From a virus (lineage: Duplodnaviria; Heunggongvirae; Uroviricota; Caudoviricetes): a DNA stretch of 64,000 nt. The stretch covers positions 52,090 to 116,089 of the IMG/VR virus record IMGVR_UViG_3300041407_000207. One strand, written 5' to 3'. This document shows positions 55,831 to 63,793 of the stretch, piece by piece. The first letter of the stretch is position 1. Each line of letters starts with the position of its first letter. A model generated the notes under the pieces. It searched no databases, was not told the origin of the DNA, and saw only the letters and a list, made by a program, of their open reading frames with translations. Both the position numbers and the translations under genes were made by a program.

Positions 55831-56670
55831 TTAGTAGTTTTCACGGGTTACGTTGAGGATACGGAGGTTACCTTCGCCTTGCAGCTCACGATGGTAACTG
55901 TTGGTGGAGATTACTTCGTCGTAGATACCGGTAACGACGGCAGTCCCCTTGGAGAACAGACCGTGGGTCACTGCCAAGCTTACCGAAGCAGCGCCCTGTT
56001 CTTTCAGGGAGTGATACAGCGGCACGAATGTACCGCAGCCATCACCGATATCATCCAGGACCAGCAGAGTACGACCTTCGACAGTATCGTTGACCCGGGT
56101 TCCGGAGATAGAACCAGTTGCGAGGTCACGAACCTTGGTGCAGTGAATTACGCCAGCCGCACCTACTTTTCTGGCGAACGATTCCGCCTTCTTAGCAGCA
56201 CCACCATCTGGAGCTGCGATATAGACTTCACGCCACGAGGTATAGATATCACGGAAGATATCGAACTGGGTCACAACTTCCAGGCGGTTGAACAGAGCCG
56301 ATGTAACCTCGCTGTGAGGGTCCAGGATCTTCACGCTGGCAAAGTTACAGGCGTTGATATGCTTAGCCACCACGGCGATGCTGAGAGGCTCACCTGGGTT
56401 GCAAACACGGTCTTGTCGGGCGTATGGCATGTACGGGATGAAGGCAGAGACGTCTGCACGAGGATAGACTCGACGAACAGCGTCCTCGATAAACAGCAGG
56501 TTCAAGAGATCGCCCTGAGTAGTGAGTCGAGCTACAATTTCGACCGACTCTACTTTCTCTGGATAGAGACCTCCGTCCTGGATTTGAGGAACTACTTCAC
56601 CACCTGGAAAGTGAATGTAGGTGATTTCTTCGGTGCAGTTGCCTTTGCGCAGATAAATAGTGCCTTTCAT
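55831..56670 (-). CDS. ribose-phosphate pyrophosphokinase-family enzyme (Prs, or the ADPR-pyrophosphorylating Adps variant), 279 aa
   Basis: IPYMPYARQDR (Prs IPYFGYARQDR). PRPP-binding loop LVLDDIGDGCGT (Prs LVDDMIDTGGT). Confidence 0.75.
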   Translation of the reverse strand: MKGTIYLRKGNCTEEITYIHFPGGEVVPQIQDGGLYPEKVESVEIVARLTTQGDLLNLLFIEDAVRRVYPRADVSAFIPYMPYARQDRVCNPGEPLSIAVVAKHINACNFASVKILDPHSEVTSALFNRLEVVTQFDIFRDIYTSWREVYIAAPDGGAAKKAESFARKVGAAGVIHCTKVRDLATGSISGTRVNDTVEGRTLLVLDDIGDGCGTFVPLYHSLKEQGAASVSLAVTHGLFSKGTAVVTGIYDEVISTNSYHRELQGEGNLRILNVTRENY

Positions 56671-57383
56671 TTTTGTTTCCCCTTTCGGAAGCTGTGTTTA
56701 TCGAAGCCGTGAGCCTGGATCAGTTCCTGGTCACTGGCGGTGTGTTTCATTTGATTGGCGGTGTTCAGGGTACCGGAAATAAATGCCGAGATCTCCTGGA
56801 ATACTGAAACGCCATCTTTGAACTTGGTGAGACCCCATTCTTTCAAGCAGGGGTTGGTTATGAGAGTATTGTCGAAAGCGATGAACATCGGTACGTTCAA
56901 AGCAGTGAACACCTCTACGTTTTCACGAAACACCGGAGTTTCGAAGTCTTCGAACAAAGTTCTCTCAGTTCTCCAATTCCGGTACTGGCCATACCAATCC
57001 GCAGGTAGGGCAGTTTTATCGAAAGCTGCGACATAGCTCTTTTTATCGAAAATAGATGAGTGGAGCATTACGCTGAGGTTAGTGGGTTTAGTCTCTCGAA
57101 AAAGAACTACCCGGTGAAGGACTCCGCAGAACCCGAACACTACAACGTCGTAAGGATCTCGACGTGCAATCGTGTCCGCAAAATCTCCGGTGAGACGACG
57201 GCCCCAACCATCACATGCATTGATGACCATTTGGTGGACTGGAGAAGGATTGTCCATCCGCTTACCCGGAGAGTACGGGGTCATGCGGACCTTTTCTTCC
57301 TCCCGGTTGTAACGAACTTGAGTATCCACGCCATACGCAGCGCAGTTATCATAGAAATCACGAAACTTCGAAGTAATTAGCAT
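56667..57383 (-). CDS. hypothetical protein, 238 aa; first gene of the NAD-module operon
   Basis: Overlaps the Prs-like start. No motif recognised. Confidence 0.45.
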   Translation of the reverse strand: MLITSKFRDFYDNCAAYGVDTQVRYNREEEKVRMTPYSPGKRMDNPSPVHQMVINACDGWGRRLTGDFADTIARRDPYDVVVFGFCGVLHRVVLFRETKPTNLSVMLHSSIFDKKSYVAAFDKTALPADWYGQYRNWRTERTLFEDFETPVFRENVEVFTALNVPMFIAFDNTLITNPCLKEWGLTKFKDGVSVFQEISAFISGTLNTANQMKHTASDQELIQAHGFDKHSFRKGKQK

Positions 57384-57408
57384 TTTGTTTCCTCCTTTGC
57401 TAAAGTTC

Positions 57409-57416
57409 TTATACCA
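57409..57416 (-). promoter_or_regulatory. extended -10 box TGGTATAAGAAC
   Basis: Motif family. Divergent from the plus-strand element at 57431-57440. Confidence 0.45.
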
Positions 57417-57430
57417 GGTTCCGACCTGCG

Positions 57431-57440
57431 CTTTAAACTG
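57431..57440 (+). promoter_or_regulatory. candidate promoter/leader element CTTTAAACTG
   Basis: Identical to 7902-7911. Confidence 0.35.
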
Positions 57441-57469
57441 TAAATACCAGTATCTTTCCGAGGTGGTCT

Positions 57470-58228
57470 ATGAGCAGATATAAAACGCCAGAAACACGTC
57501 AAGCTAGTCGGAACAAGAAGAACGCAGGGAAATTCCCCGAATTGGTCGCCGGGCAGAGTGAGTTGGATGCTCATCTAGAGCAGCAGATGAACAAAATTCG
57601 GTTTGGACCCCTCCAAGGTCGAAATGCCAAACAGAATTTCATGATTCAGACGATAAAGGATAAGAGAATCTCCTTTATCATTGGCCCTGCCGGTACTGGT
57701 AAGACTTTCGTAGCTACTTCCATGGCTTGCGAAATGCTGGAAGCTGACCTTATTGAGAGGATCACCATCGTTCGGCCTATGGTGGGCTGTGAAGAAGAGA
57801 TGGGTTTCGTGCCTGGGACGGAATATGAGAAATACGCTCAATGGCTAGGCCCTTTTCTCGATGTACTAGAAGGTAAGTTAGGAAAAACCAAGGTTGCTTC
57901 CTATCTCAAGTATGGAAAGATCGTAGCCAGCCCCCTAATGACCATGCGTGGATCTACTTTCCGTAACGCAATGGTTATCCTGGACGAAGCTCAGAACACT
58001 ACTCCGGGCCAAATGAAGATGTTCCTGACCCGTTTGGGCGAAGGTTCTCGGGTAGTGGTAGACGGAGACCTTGAACAGTCAGATTTGCCGTACGGAAAAG
58101 ACAACGGTCTGGCCGATGCTCTTCAGAAAATGGAAAACTCTAACTCTGCAGGATTCGTAGAGTTCACTGAGGATGAGATCACGAGAGATCCACTAGTACG
58201 AGAAATCGTAATGGCATACCGCAAGTAA
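57470..58228 (+). CDS. phoH: PhoH-family ATPase, 252 aa
   Basis: Walker A GPAGTGKT. ILDEAQN. Confidence 0.75.
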   Translation: MSRYKTPETRQASRNKKNAGKFPELVAGQSELDAHLEQQMNKIRFGPLQGRNAKQNFMIQTIKDKRISFIIGPAGTGKTFVATSMACEMLEADLIERITIVRPMVGCEEEMGFVPGTEYEKYAQWLGPFLDVLEGKLGKTKVASYLKYGKIVASPLMTMRGSTFRNAMVILDEAQNTTPGQMKMFLTRLGEGSRVVVDGDLEQSDLPYGKDNGLADALQKMENSNSAGFVEFTEDEITRDPLVREIVMAYRK

Positions 58229-58231
58229 ATT

Positions 58232-58255
58232 AGGGGAGGCGAAAGCCTCCCTTTC
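58232..58255 (+). terminator. hairpin terminator
   Basis: GGGAGGC-gaaa-GCCTCCC-tttctct. Confidence 0.5.
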
Positions 58256-58271
58256 TCTATTCCGAATCCTA

Positions 58272-58278
58272 TTAAACT
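58272..58278 (+). promoter_or_regulatory. candidate promoter element TTAAACT
   Basis: 32 nt upstream of the TTG start of the helicase gene. Confidence 0.3.
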
Positions 58279-58309
58279 CTCTTTACTAAACCCATTCGGA
58301 ATAACTGCA

Positions 58310-59782
58310 TTGAACCAGTACCTAACCAAGATCGCCAAACAGTCTGAAAAGAAGAACAAGGACTCAAGCCGTCATCACGACAAAGTCTTGGAGATGCTGG
58401 ATAAAGGAAATGGCGCAGTTGCTCAACATTCCATGGGCTCGGGTAAAACCCTGCTGGCTTTGAAAGCGGCTGCCCGTGCTCAAAAACGCAATCCGCACAA
58501 AGATGTGATTATCTCGGCCCCGGCTTCTGTGATTAAACAGTTCCCGGAAGAAGCTAAGAAATTCGGTATCAAGCTAAATGATAAACATACCAAGTACTTC
58601 TCTCACGAAGAGCTGGTGAACAAAGCCGAGTCTCTGGCTAAGAATAAAAACTCTCTCCTCATCATTGATGAAGGCCATCGTCTTCGCAACAAAGATACCG
58701 CTAAGAATCGTGCCCACGCCTTAGTCCGTGGTTCCTCTGACAAAGCACTGATCCTCAGCGGGACCAGCATGTACAATAAACCACACGACATCGCTGCTTT
58801 AGTGAACCTAGCAACTGGCAAGGAAACTCTTCCAGATTCAGAAGCCAAGTTCAGAGAGAAGTTCATAGCTACTGAAAAAGTAAGTCCAGGCTTTATGAGG
58901 ACTCTGTTCGGAGCCAAACCTGGTGAGAAGGAACGTCTTCGTAACGGCAATGAGCTGAAGAAACTCCTTAAGGGCACAGTTCATAACTATGATGCCCAGA
59001 CTGATATGCCTGAAGAGTTTGCAACTACCACGGAAACTATTCACAAGACCCCTATGTCTAAGGAGCAGGATAGGTACTACCGTTTTGCAGAGAATAATAT
59101 CCCTTGGCCTATCCGGGCAAAGATACGTGCAGGCCTACCACTATCTAAAAAAGAGAATGCTTCCCTGAATGCGTTCTCCTCAGGTGTCCGCCAAATTTCC
59201 AACAGCTATGCTTCTTATACTATGGACCCCTCGAAAGTAGAGGCATCTCCTAAGTTCCAAGAGATGATCAATCACTCAGACGAACTTCGTAAGAAGCAGA
59301 AGAAAGGATACAGGAACGTAGTCTACTCTAACTACCTCGGCAGTGGTCTGGCCCACTACAGTAAACAGTTGAAAGACAAAGGCATTTCTCACGGAGTCTA
59401 CACCGGTGAGCTGAGCAAGACCGAGAAGAAAAAGATGGTTGACGAGTACAACGATGGGGAATTCGACACTCTGCTCCTATCCAGCTCTGGGGCAGAAGGT
59501 TTGAATTTGAAAGGCGTTACTCACATGCAAGTCATGGAGCCGCACTGGAATGACTCAAAGATTCGTCAAGTAATCGCCCGTGCGGTTCGTAGAGGAAGCC
59601 ATGCTCACCTAGAAAAAGCAGATCGTCATGTACAGGTAGACCACTACCACTCCGAGCTTCCAAAAGGATTTTTGGGCAAGGCCAAAGGTAAGTCCATCGA
59701 CGAATACCTCTACTCTATGAGCCAGGATAAAGAAGTTCTGAAGAAAGATATAAACAAACTGATTGACGCAAACTCTAAATAA
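58310..59782 (+). CDS. SF2 (SNF2/DEAD-like) helicase, 490 aa
   Basis: TTG start. Motif I MGSGKT. Motif II IIDEGHRL. Motif III LSGT. C-terminal SSSGAEGLNL and QVIARAVRRGS. Confidence 0.6.
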   Translation: MNQYLTKIAKQSEKKNKDSSRHHDKVLEMLDKGNGAVAQHSMGSGKTLLALKAAARAQKRNPHKDVIISAPASVIKQFPEEAKKFGIKLNDKHTKYFSHEELVNKAESLAKNKNSLLIIDEGHRLRNKDTAKNRAHALVRGSSDKALILSGTSMYNKPHDIAALVNLATGKETLPDSEAKFREKFIATEKVSPGFMRTLFGAKPGEKERLRNGNELKKLLKGTVHNYDAQTDMPEEFATTTETIHKTPMSKEQDRYYRFAENNIPWPIRAKIRAGLPLSKKENASLNAFSSGVRQISNSYASYTMDPSKVEASPKFQEMINHSDELRKKQKKGYRNVVYSNYLGSGLAHYSKQLKDKGISHGVYTGELSKTEKKKMVDEYNDGEFDTLLLSSSGAEGLNLKGVTHMQVMEPHWNDSKIRQVIARAVRRGSHAHLEKADRHVQVDHYHSELPKGFLGKAKGKSIDEYLYSMSQDKEVLKKDINKLIDANSK

Positions 59783-59794
59783 CAGGACTTAAAT

Positions 59795-60418
59795 ATGTTT
59801 TACTTCGGAAATATCACTGCTCACGGTACTACCTATCGGTACCCCGAAAAACCTCCTCAAAATCTAATGTGGGTCGATCCAAAAGGTCATACCAACTTCT
59901 GGTGCTCCGTTCTCGGTGATTTGTCAGGATCAAGTTCTAGCCCTAGAACTGAGACTCGGGAAACACTACCATGCTCTGGAGACCCCTACAACTGGCGGGC
60001 AGGTGACGCCGTACACACTATGACCGGTAAGGTTCGTCTGGAGCTCATTCCGAGTTCTGGAAAAGTAATCATAGGTCAGATCCATGCTCACAAGGCTCCG
60101 AATCCATTCTTGATGGTTACTTGGTGGAACGGGGTTGCCCGGTTCGATTTTAGAGAAATTCCATCAGGCCTCTCCACTAAAGTTCTTTCCGTGCCATGTC
60201 CTCTAGGGGAATCGTTCGAGTACACGGTGAAAATAGATAAGTCTGGCCTGCTTACCGGTACTATCAACGGTCTCGGTTTCCAAACTCAAGTAAACCCCCT
60301 GTGGACTGCGTATCCGTTCTACTTTAAAGCAGGTGCGTACGTAATAGACAACTCTGGTCCTGCAACTGAAGGTGGCTGGGTAGTCTATGAGAACTTCGAA
60401 GTTTCTCACGTAATCTAA
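59795..60418 (+). CDS. polysaccharide lyase family 7 (alginate lyase-like) protein, 207 aa
   Basis: PL7 triad of blocks: RLEL (R-x-E-L); QIHAH (QIH); YFKAGAYVID (YFKAG-x-Y). Confidence 0.6.
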   Translation: MFYFGNITAHGTTYRYPEKPPQNLMWVDPKGHTNFWCSVLGDLSGSSSSPRTETRETLPCSGDPYNWRAGDAVHTMTGKVRLELIPSSGKVIIGQIHAHKAPNPFLMVTWWNGVARFDFREIPSGLSTKVLSVPCPLGESFEYTVKIDKSGLLTGTINGLGFQTQVNPLWTAYPFYFKAGAYVIDNSGPATEGGWVVYENFEVSHVI

Positions 60419-60420
60419 AA

Positions 60421-60444
60421 AAGGGCCGAAAGGCCCTTATCGTT
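60421..60444. terminator. hairpin terminator
   Basis: aaaaGGGCC-gaaa-GGCCCtt. Confidence 0.5.
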
Positions 60445-60748
60445 CTGCATCAAATGCTTGAAGTACTAAGGTCATGCTGACGAGTGATTTTTTACGGCTC
60501 AAGTCAGTTATCTCAACCCGCCTCAAGAAATCACTCTCTACCTTCCTGTTCCAGTAGTATTGCATGAGGTCGCTCTCGCCGCTCGGCCTGACTCTTGCAA
60601 ACTTGATTACGTTGTCTCTTAGAGATAGTTTTTTAAAGATAAGAATATAGTTTCTATCGGTTTCATGTCTTTGAGAAACTGCGATCTCTATATTTTGCGC
60701 AGAACCCCTCTCAGTGAAAAGTTCATTCAAAAATCTGAAAAGTTTCAA
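60437..60748 (-). CDS. hypothetical small protein, 103 aa
   Basis: ORF. N-terminal FRFLNELF. Confidence 0.35.
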   Translation of the reverse strand: MKLFRFLNELFTERGSAQNIEIAVSQRHETDRNYILIFKKLSLRDNVIKFARVRPSGESDLMQYYWNRKVESDFLRRVEITDLSRKKSLVSMTLVLQAFDAER

Positions 60749-61071
60749 TCGCTACTCTCCCGTGTATTTACCAGGGTCACAATTATCTTATTATTACTCC
60801 CTATCCTGCCAATTTTCGAAGCCTCTCTGCCAATAGCTTTTACGCAATAAGAACCATAAACACCTTGGCGAGTCTTACTATCGAACCAATGAAATGAAGC
60901 ATTCTCCCGTTTACCACTGGAACTTATCCGGGTACATTCCAAGTGGTATCTGCCGAGATGTCGTATTTCGTATTTATTTGCAAGAGAAGAACTTACGAAA
61001 GTTATCTTGGAGATATCCCCACCAAGGTCTATAAACTTACTGAGAAAATCTCGGAAGTAAAGTTGGTTCAT
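60745..61071 (-). CDS. hypothetical small protein, 108 aa
   Basis: ORF. Shares the ASFHWFDSK / ARFDWAKY block with the next gene. Confidence 0.35.
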   Translation of the reverse strand: MNQLYFRDFLSKFIDLGGDISKITFVSSSLANKYEIRHLGRYHLECTRISSSGKRENASFHWFDSKTRQGVYGSYCVKAIGREASKIGRIGSNNKIIVTLVNTRESSD

Positions 61072-61096
61072 CGTTGATTCCTCGGTATCTTATGGG

Positions 61097-61402
61097 CTAA
61101 CGGTGTTTATGTCCATGTAGGACTACTCGTACTTTGCTACCACTCCGAGAAATCAACTCCCCAACCCCGCGTGCCACCGTCACTTCACCTACCGTATGAC
61201 TTTTTATATTTGAATATTTCGCCCAATCGAATCTTGCAGTGTCTTTTCGAGTTGGACTCGTGCAGTCCAATCTCATACCCGCGCCGGATCCAGAAATACC
61301 ATGAGGGATATACCAATTCTCCATCCACGTCGCTTTGAATATAATGGAATTCAGAGGGATACCCTCTGCCGTCAATAGGTTGATCAACTGGTCAAAGTTC
61401 AT
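61097..61402 (-). CDS. hypothetical small protein, 101 aa
   Basis: ORF. Confidence 0.35.
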   Translation of the reverse strand: MNFDQLINLLTAEGIPLNSIIFKATWMENWYIPHGISGSGAGMRLDCTSPTRKDTARFDWAKYSNIKSHTVGEVTVARGVGELISRSGSKVRVVLHGHKHR

Positions 61403-61421
61403 TACTAATCCCCAGACAAAA

Positions 61422-61440
61422 GAAAAGCCCTCACTCGGAG
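61422..61440. terminator. bidirectional hairpin terminator
   Basis: GCCCTC-actcg-GAGGGC flanked by T/A runs. Confidence 0.5.
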
Positions 61441-61596
61441 GGCTCGTTTATTTCTGATTTATCCCATTGTCGCCCGTACTTGTGGCTCTTGATAGAGCCA
61501 GAGACTCTGACGTGGATTTTCCCCATGCCAAACCTTCTATACGTCTGACAACCTTTTCCGTACACTCTTTTAGATCCGTATGGAAACATTCCTACC

Positions 61597-61836
61597 TCAT
61601 ACTAATTTACCGAAGCTAATTACCCATCTACTGCCCTCCTCAATAGGAGTAACGTAGTGATACGAGTCATCAGCTCTGAAAAGAAACATCCTACCCCATG
61701 ACCAGATCTTCTTATTACAGACGAACTGCCCACCTTTCTTAGCAGAGACCAGTTCTATGTTGAACCGGTATAGCTTCTTACCTTTTGACGGATCTTTATG
61801 CTTTGGGATGTAGGAGCCGGTCTTGTAATGGAACAA
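61597..61836 (-). CDS. hypothetical small basic protein, 79 aa
   Basis: ORF. Confidence 0.35.
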   Translation of the reverse strand: MFHYKTGSYIPKHKDPSKGKKLYRFNIELVSAKKGGQFVCNKKIWSWGRMFLFRADDSYHYVTPIEEGSRWVISFGKLV

Positions 61837-61962
61837 GTAACAATCAAAGCCGAATCGCTTACTGAACGCTAGGGTGAAGATTCGATACCCAGTGTCGTGG
61901 ACGTCGCTACCCCAACGCCAGAGACGAAGTGTAGGCTTGGTTAATTTGCGGGTCTATACGGA

Positions 61963-62020
61963 TTTATGCATGATCGTCAATTCCTAATCGTTTTTATGCA
62001 GGGATGATCGTTTTTGTGCA
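61963..62020. repeat. three spaced copies of GATCGT...TTTT(A/G)TGCA
   Basis: tttatgcatgatcgt (61963-61977), atcgtttttatgca (61987-62000), atcgtttttgtgca (62007-62020). Lie between tRNA-Arg and the next minus-strand gene. Confidence 0.4.
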
Positions 62021-62095
62021 AATGGTGTCTCTACCCAGACACGATCTGGGAGTCCGTGGTTTTAGAGGCCTGGACCGACCATCTAGAGACGAACT

Positions 62096-62172
62096 TGGTA
62101 ACCGGTAAGGGATTCGAACCCATAACCTACGAGGTAGAAGCTCGTAGCTCTATCCAGTTGAGCTAACCGGTT
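62096..62172 (-). tRNA. tRNA-Arg(UCU)
   Basis: Acceptor AACCGGT/ACCGGTT. D-arm GCTC-AACTGGAT-AGAGC. Anticodon stem ACGAG/CTCGT with loop CTTCTAC. T-arm ATGGG-TTCGAAT-CCCTT (one mismatch). Encoded CCA. Confidence 0.7.
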
Positions 62173-62177
62173 TTTGA

Positions 62178-62573
62178 TTACTTTACAAGCCTCAGGAACG
62201 AAGGCTTTGGTACCGTGGCCGCTTCTTCCGTTGGAGCAAAGACCGGTTCTTCACTATCAGGCTCGAGCTCATCAAATATCATGCCCTGACCAGTTTCTCT
62301 AGAGTAAACGGCCCGCACTGCTTGAATAGGGATTACAAGGGTATGTTTAACGCCCTTGAACCCCCCTATGAAAGAAACTATCTCATTGCCCATGTGGAGA
62401 TTACTAACTGCTCCAGGAGAGAGGTTCAGGACAATCTCACCGTCGTTATCAAATCCACTTGGAACTTCTACTCCTTTCATTTCAGTGTTGACCAGAATGT
62501 GTGGAGTTTCGTTGTTATCGTTGATCCACTCATATAGAGCTCGGATCAGATACGGGCGACTAGATGTCATGGT
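62178..62573 (-). CDS. sspB: SspB-like ClpXP specificity-enhancing adaptor, about 131 aa
   Basis: RPYLIRALYEWINDNNETPHILVN...DGEIVLNLSPGAVSNL...IPIQAVRAVYSRETGQGMIF is collinear with E. coli SspB (RPYLLRAFYEWLLDNQLTPHLVVD...DGQIVLNIAPRAVGNL...VPLAAVLAIYARENGAGTMF). C-terminal KPSFLRLVK resembles the ClpX-binding tail RPALRVVK. Start placed at the internal Met (62573) to avoid overlap with tRNA-Ser. Confidence 0.75.
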   Translation of the reverse strand, partial: TMTSSRPYLIRALYEWINDNNETPHILVNTEMKGVEVPSGFDNDGEIVLNLSPGAVSNLHMGNEIVSFIGGFKGVKHTLVIPIQAVRAVYSRETGQGMIFDELEPDSEEPVFAPTEEAATVPKPSFLRLVK

Positions 62574-62592
62574 AGATACTCTTGTGTAAAGG

Positions 62593-62682
62593 TGGAGGAA
62601 CAATCCAGATTCGAACTGGAGGAGCTATTTCTAACCCGACGATTTAGCAAACCGTTACCTTAAGCCACTCGGTCATTGTTCC
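62593..62682 (-). tRNA. tRNA-Ser(GCU), type II
   Basis: Acceptor GGAACAA/TTGTTCC. Anticodon stem ACGGT/ATCGT with loop TTGCTAA. Long variable arm. T-arm CCAG-TTCGAAT-CTGG. Discriminator U. Encoded CCA. Confidence 0.65.
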
Positions 62683-62687
62683 AAATA

Positions 62688-62775
62688 TGGAGGCGGGTTA
62701 GGGATTCGAACCCTAGGAGCCTTTCGACCCGACTGATTTCAAGTCAGTTACCATAGACCACTCGGTCAACCCGCC
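62688..62775 (-). tRNA. tRNA-Ser(UGA), type II
   Basis: Acceptor GGCGGGT/ACCCGCC. Anticodon stem ACTGA/TCAGT with loop CTTGAAA. Long variable arm. T-arm TAGGG-TTCGAAT-CCCTA. Encoded CCA. Confidence 0.7.
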
Positions 62776-62796
62776 AGAAAAAGTAGGACTATTTCA

Positions 62797-62815
62797 AGTC
62801 CTGAAAGAACATAGT
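62797..62815 (-). terminator. hairpin plus T-run just upstream of the tRNA cluster
   Basis: Minus strand AGGACTTGAAATAGTCCTACTTTTTCT. Confidence 0.4.
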
Positions 62816-62953
62816 TGATCAGACTACCGTTACAGCGAAACTATACATAAGGAAACTCCTCGTGAGGTGATGCCACCTGTACGTCCACTGCCACACGTTG
62901 TTCTAACTAAAACCAATACTGAGTCCGCAATAACCGGTTGCTACAGTAGTGGA

Positions 62954-63145
62954 TCACTGCTTTAGAGAGTTCATCCACTCTCGAATACTTTCAGGAGTCG
63001 CAACTCGGTTGCGTTCAAGCTCTCGTCTGCCAGCTTCTATCTGCTCTGGCGTCATCTGCTTGATTTCCCATAACATTCTGCACTCTTCACAATCAGCGGT
63101 TGGTTTCCGCATTACCTTGTAAGTAGGGTGTTTAGAACATTTCAT
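62954..63145 (-). CDS. small zinc-ribbon protein, 63 aa
   Basis: MKCSKHP ... CEEC. Confidence 0.4.
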   Translation of the reverse strand: MKCSKHPTYKVMRKPTADCEECRMLWEIKQMTPEQIEAGRRELERNRVATPESIREWMNSLKQ

Positions 63146-63159
63146 ATTAGTTACCTAAT

Positions 63160-63236
63160 TGGTGGGCCCTGAGTGACTTGAACACTCGACCAAGCGATTA
63201 TGAGTCGCCTGCTCTGACCAACTGAGCTAAGGGCCC
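63160..63236 (-). tRNA. tRNA-Met(CAU) (elongator/initiator/Ile2 not distinguishable by eye)
   Basis: Acceptor GGGCCCT/AGGGCCC. D-arm GCTC-AGTTGGTC-AGAGC. Anticodon stem GGCGA/TCGCT with loop CTCATAA. T-arm GAGTG-TTCAAGT-CACTC. Encoded CCA. Confidence 0.7.
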
Positions 63237-63244
63237 CAACTTCT

Positions 63245-63538
63245 TCAACTGTAATTGACGTAGAACTTATAGTCAACGCTTATAACGAAATCCTTGTCAC
63301 CCGTAATGAAGTTATGAAGTACTGGTACGTGAGCTTTGATCAAGTTCATCCAGCGAACATTGAACTCAATAGATTCCAGAGGGAGTAGCTCTATACTTCT
63401 GTGGAAGTACGGATCTATCGACTCTTTAAGCTTGGCTACTGCGTCTTCATCAGTTACTTGATAAGAGTTAGTGAAGATTACCTTAAGAGTATGACCTTCG
63501 CCAGTAGCCATGTAGTCATATACTAAAACTGATTTCAT
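63245..63538 (-). CDS. hypothetical protein, 97 aa
   Basis: ORF. Confidence 0.4.
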   Translation of the reverse strand: MKSVLVYDYMATGEGHTLKVIFTNSYQVTDEDAVAKLKESIDPYFHRSIELLPLESIEFNVRWMNLIKAHVPVLHNFITGDKDFVISVDYKFYVNYS

Positions 63539-63750
63539 TACGCGTTACCTGTACGGCACGCATCTACTTTCAAACCTTCTACTACACCAATTGATTGGCC
63601 GAAGGTGAGATTGCCACAAGTATTGCCGCGAGCGTAGACCACCGTGATTACAGAGGTAGGATTGTACCCTGCAAGAGTAACGACCTGCTCGTAGGAGATC
63701 TTGTCTTCTTCAGAGAGTTCGTGCTCTTTGCCATTGATCGAAATCTTCAT
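63538..63750 (-). CDS. hypothetical small protein, 70 aa (possible beta-grasp-like)
   Basis: MKISINGKEHEL...VTLAGYNP pattern faintly ThiS-like. ATGA coupling to the downstream gene. Weak. Confidence 0.35.
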   Translation of the reverse strand: MKISINGKEHELSEEDKISYEQVVTLAGYNPTSVITVVYARGNTCGNLTFGQSIGVVEGLKVDACRTGNA

Positions 63751-63793
63751 GTGAACCTCTTCTATCTAAAGTAGTTGAGGGCCGAAGCCCTCG

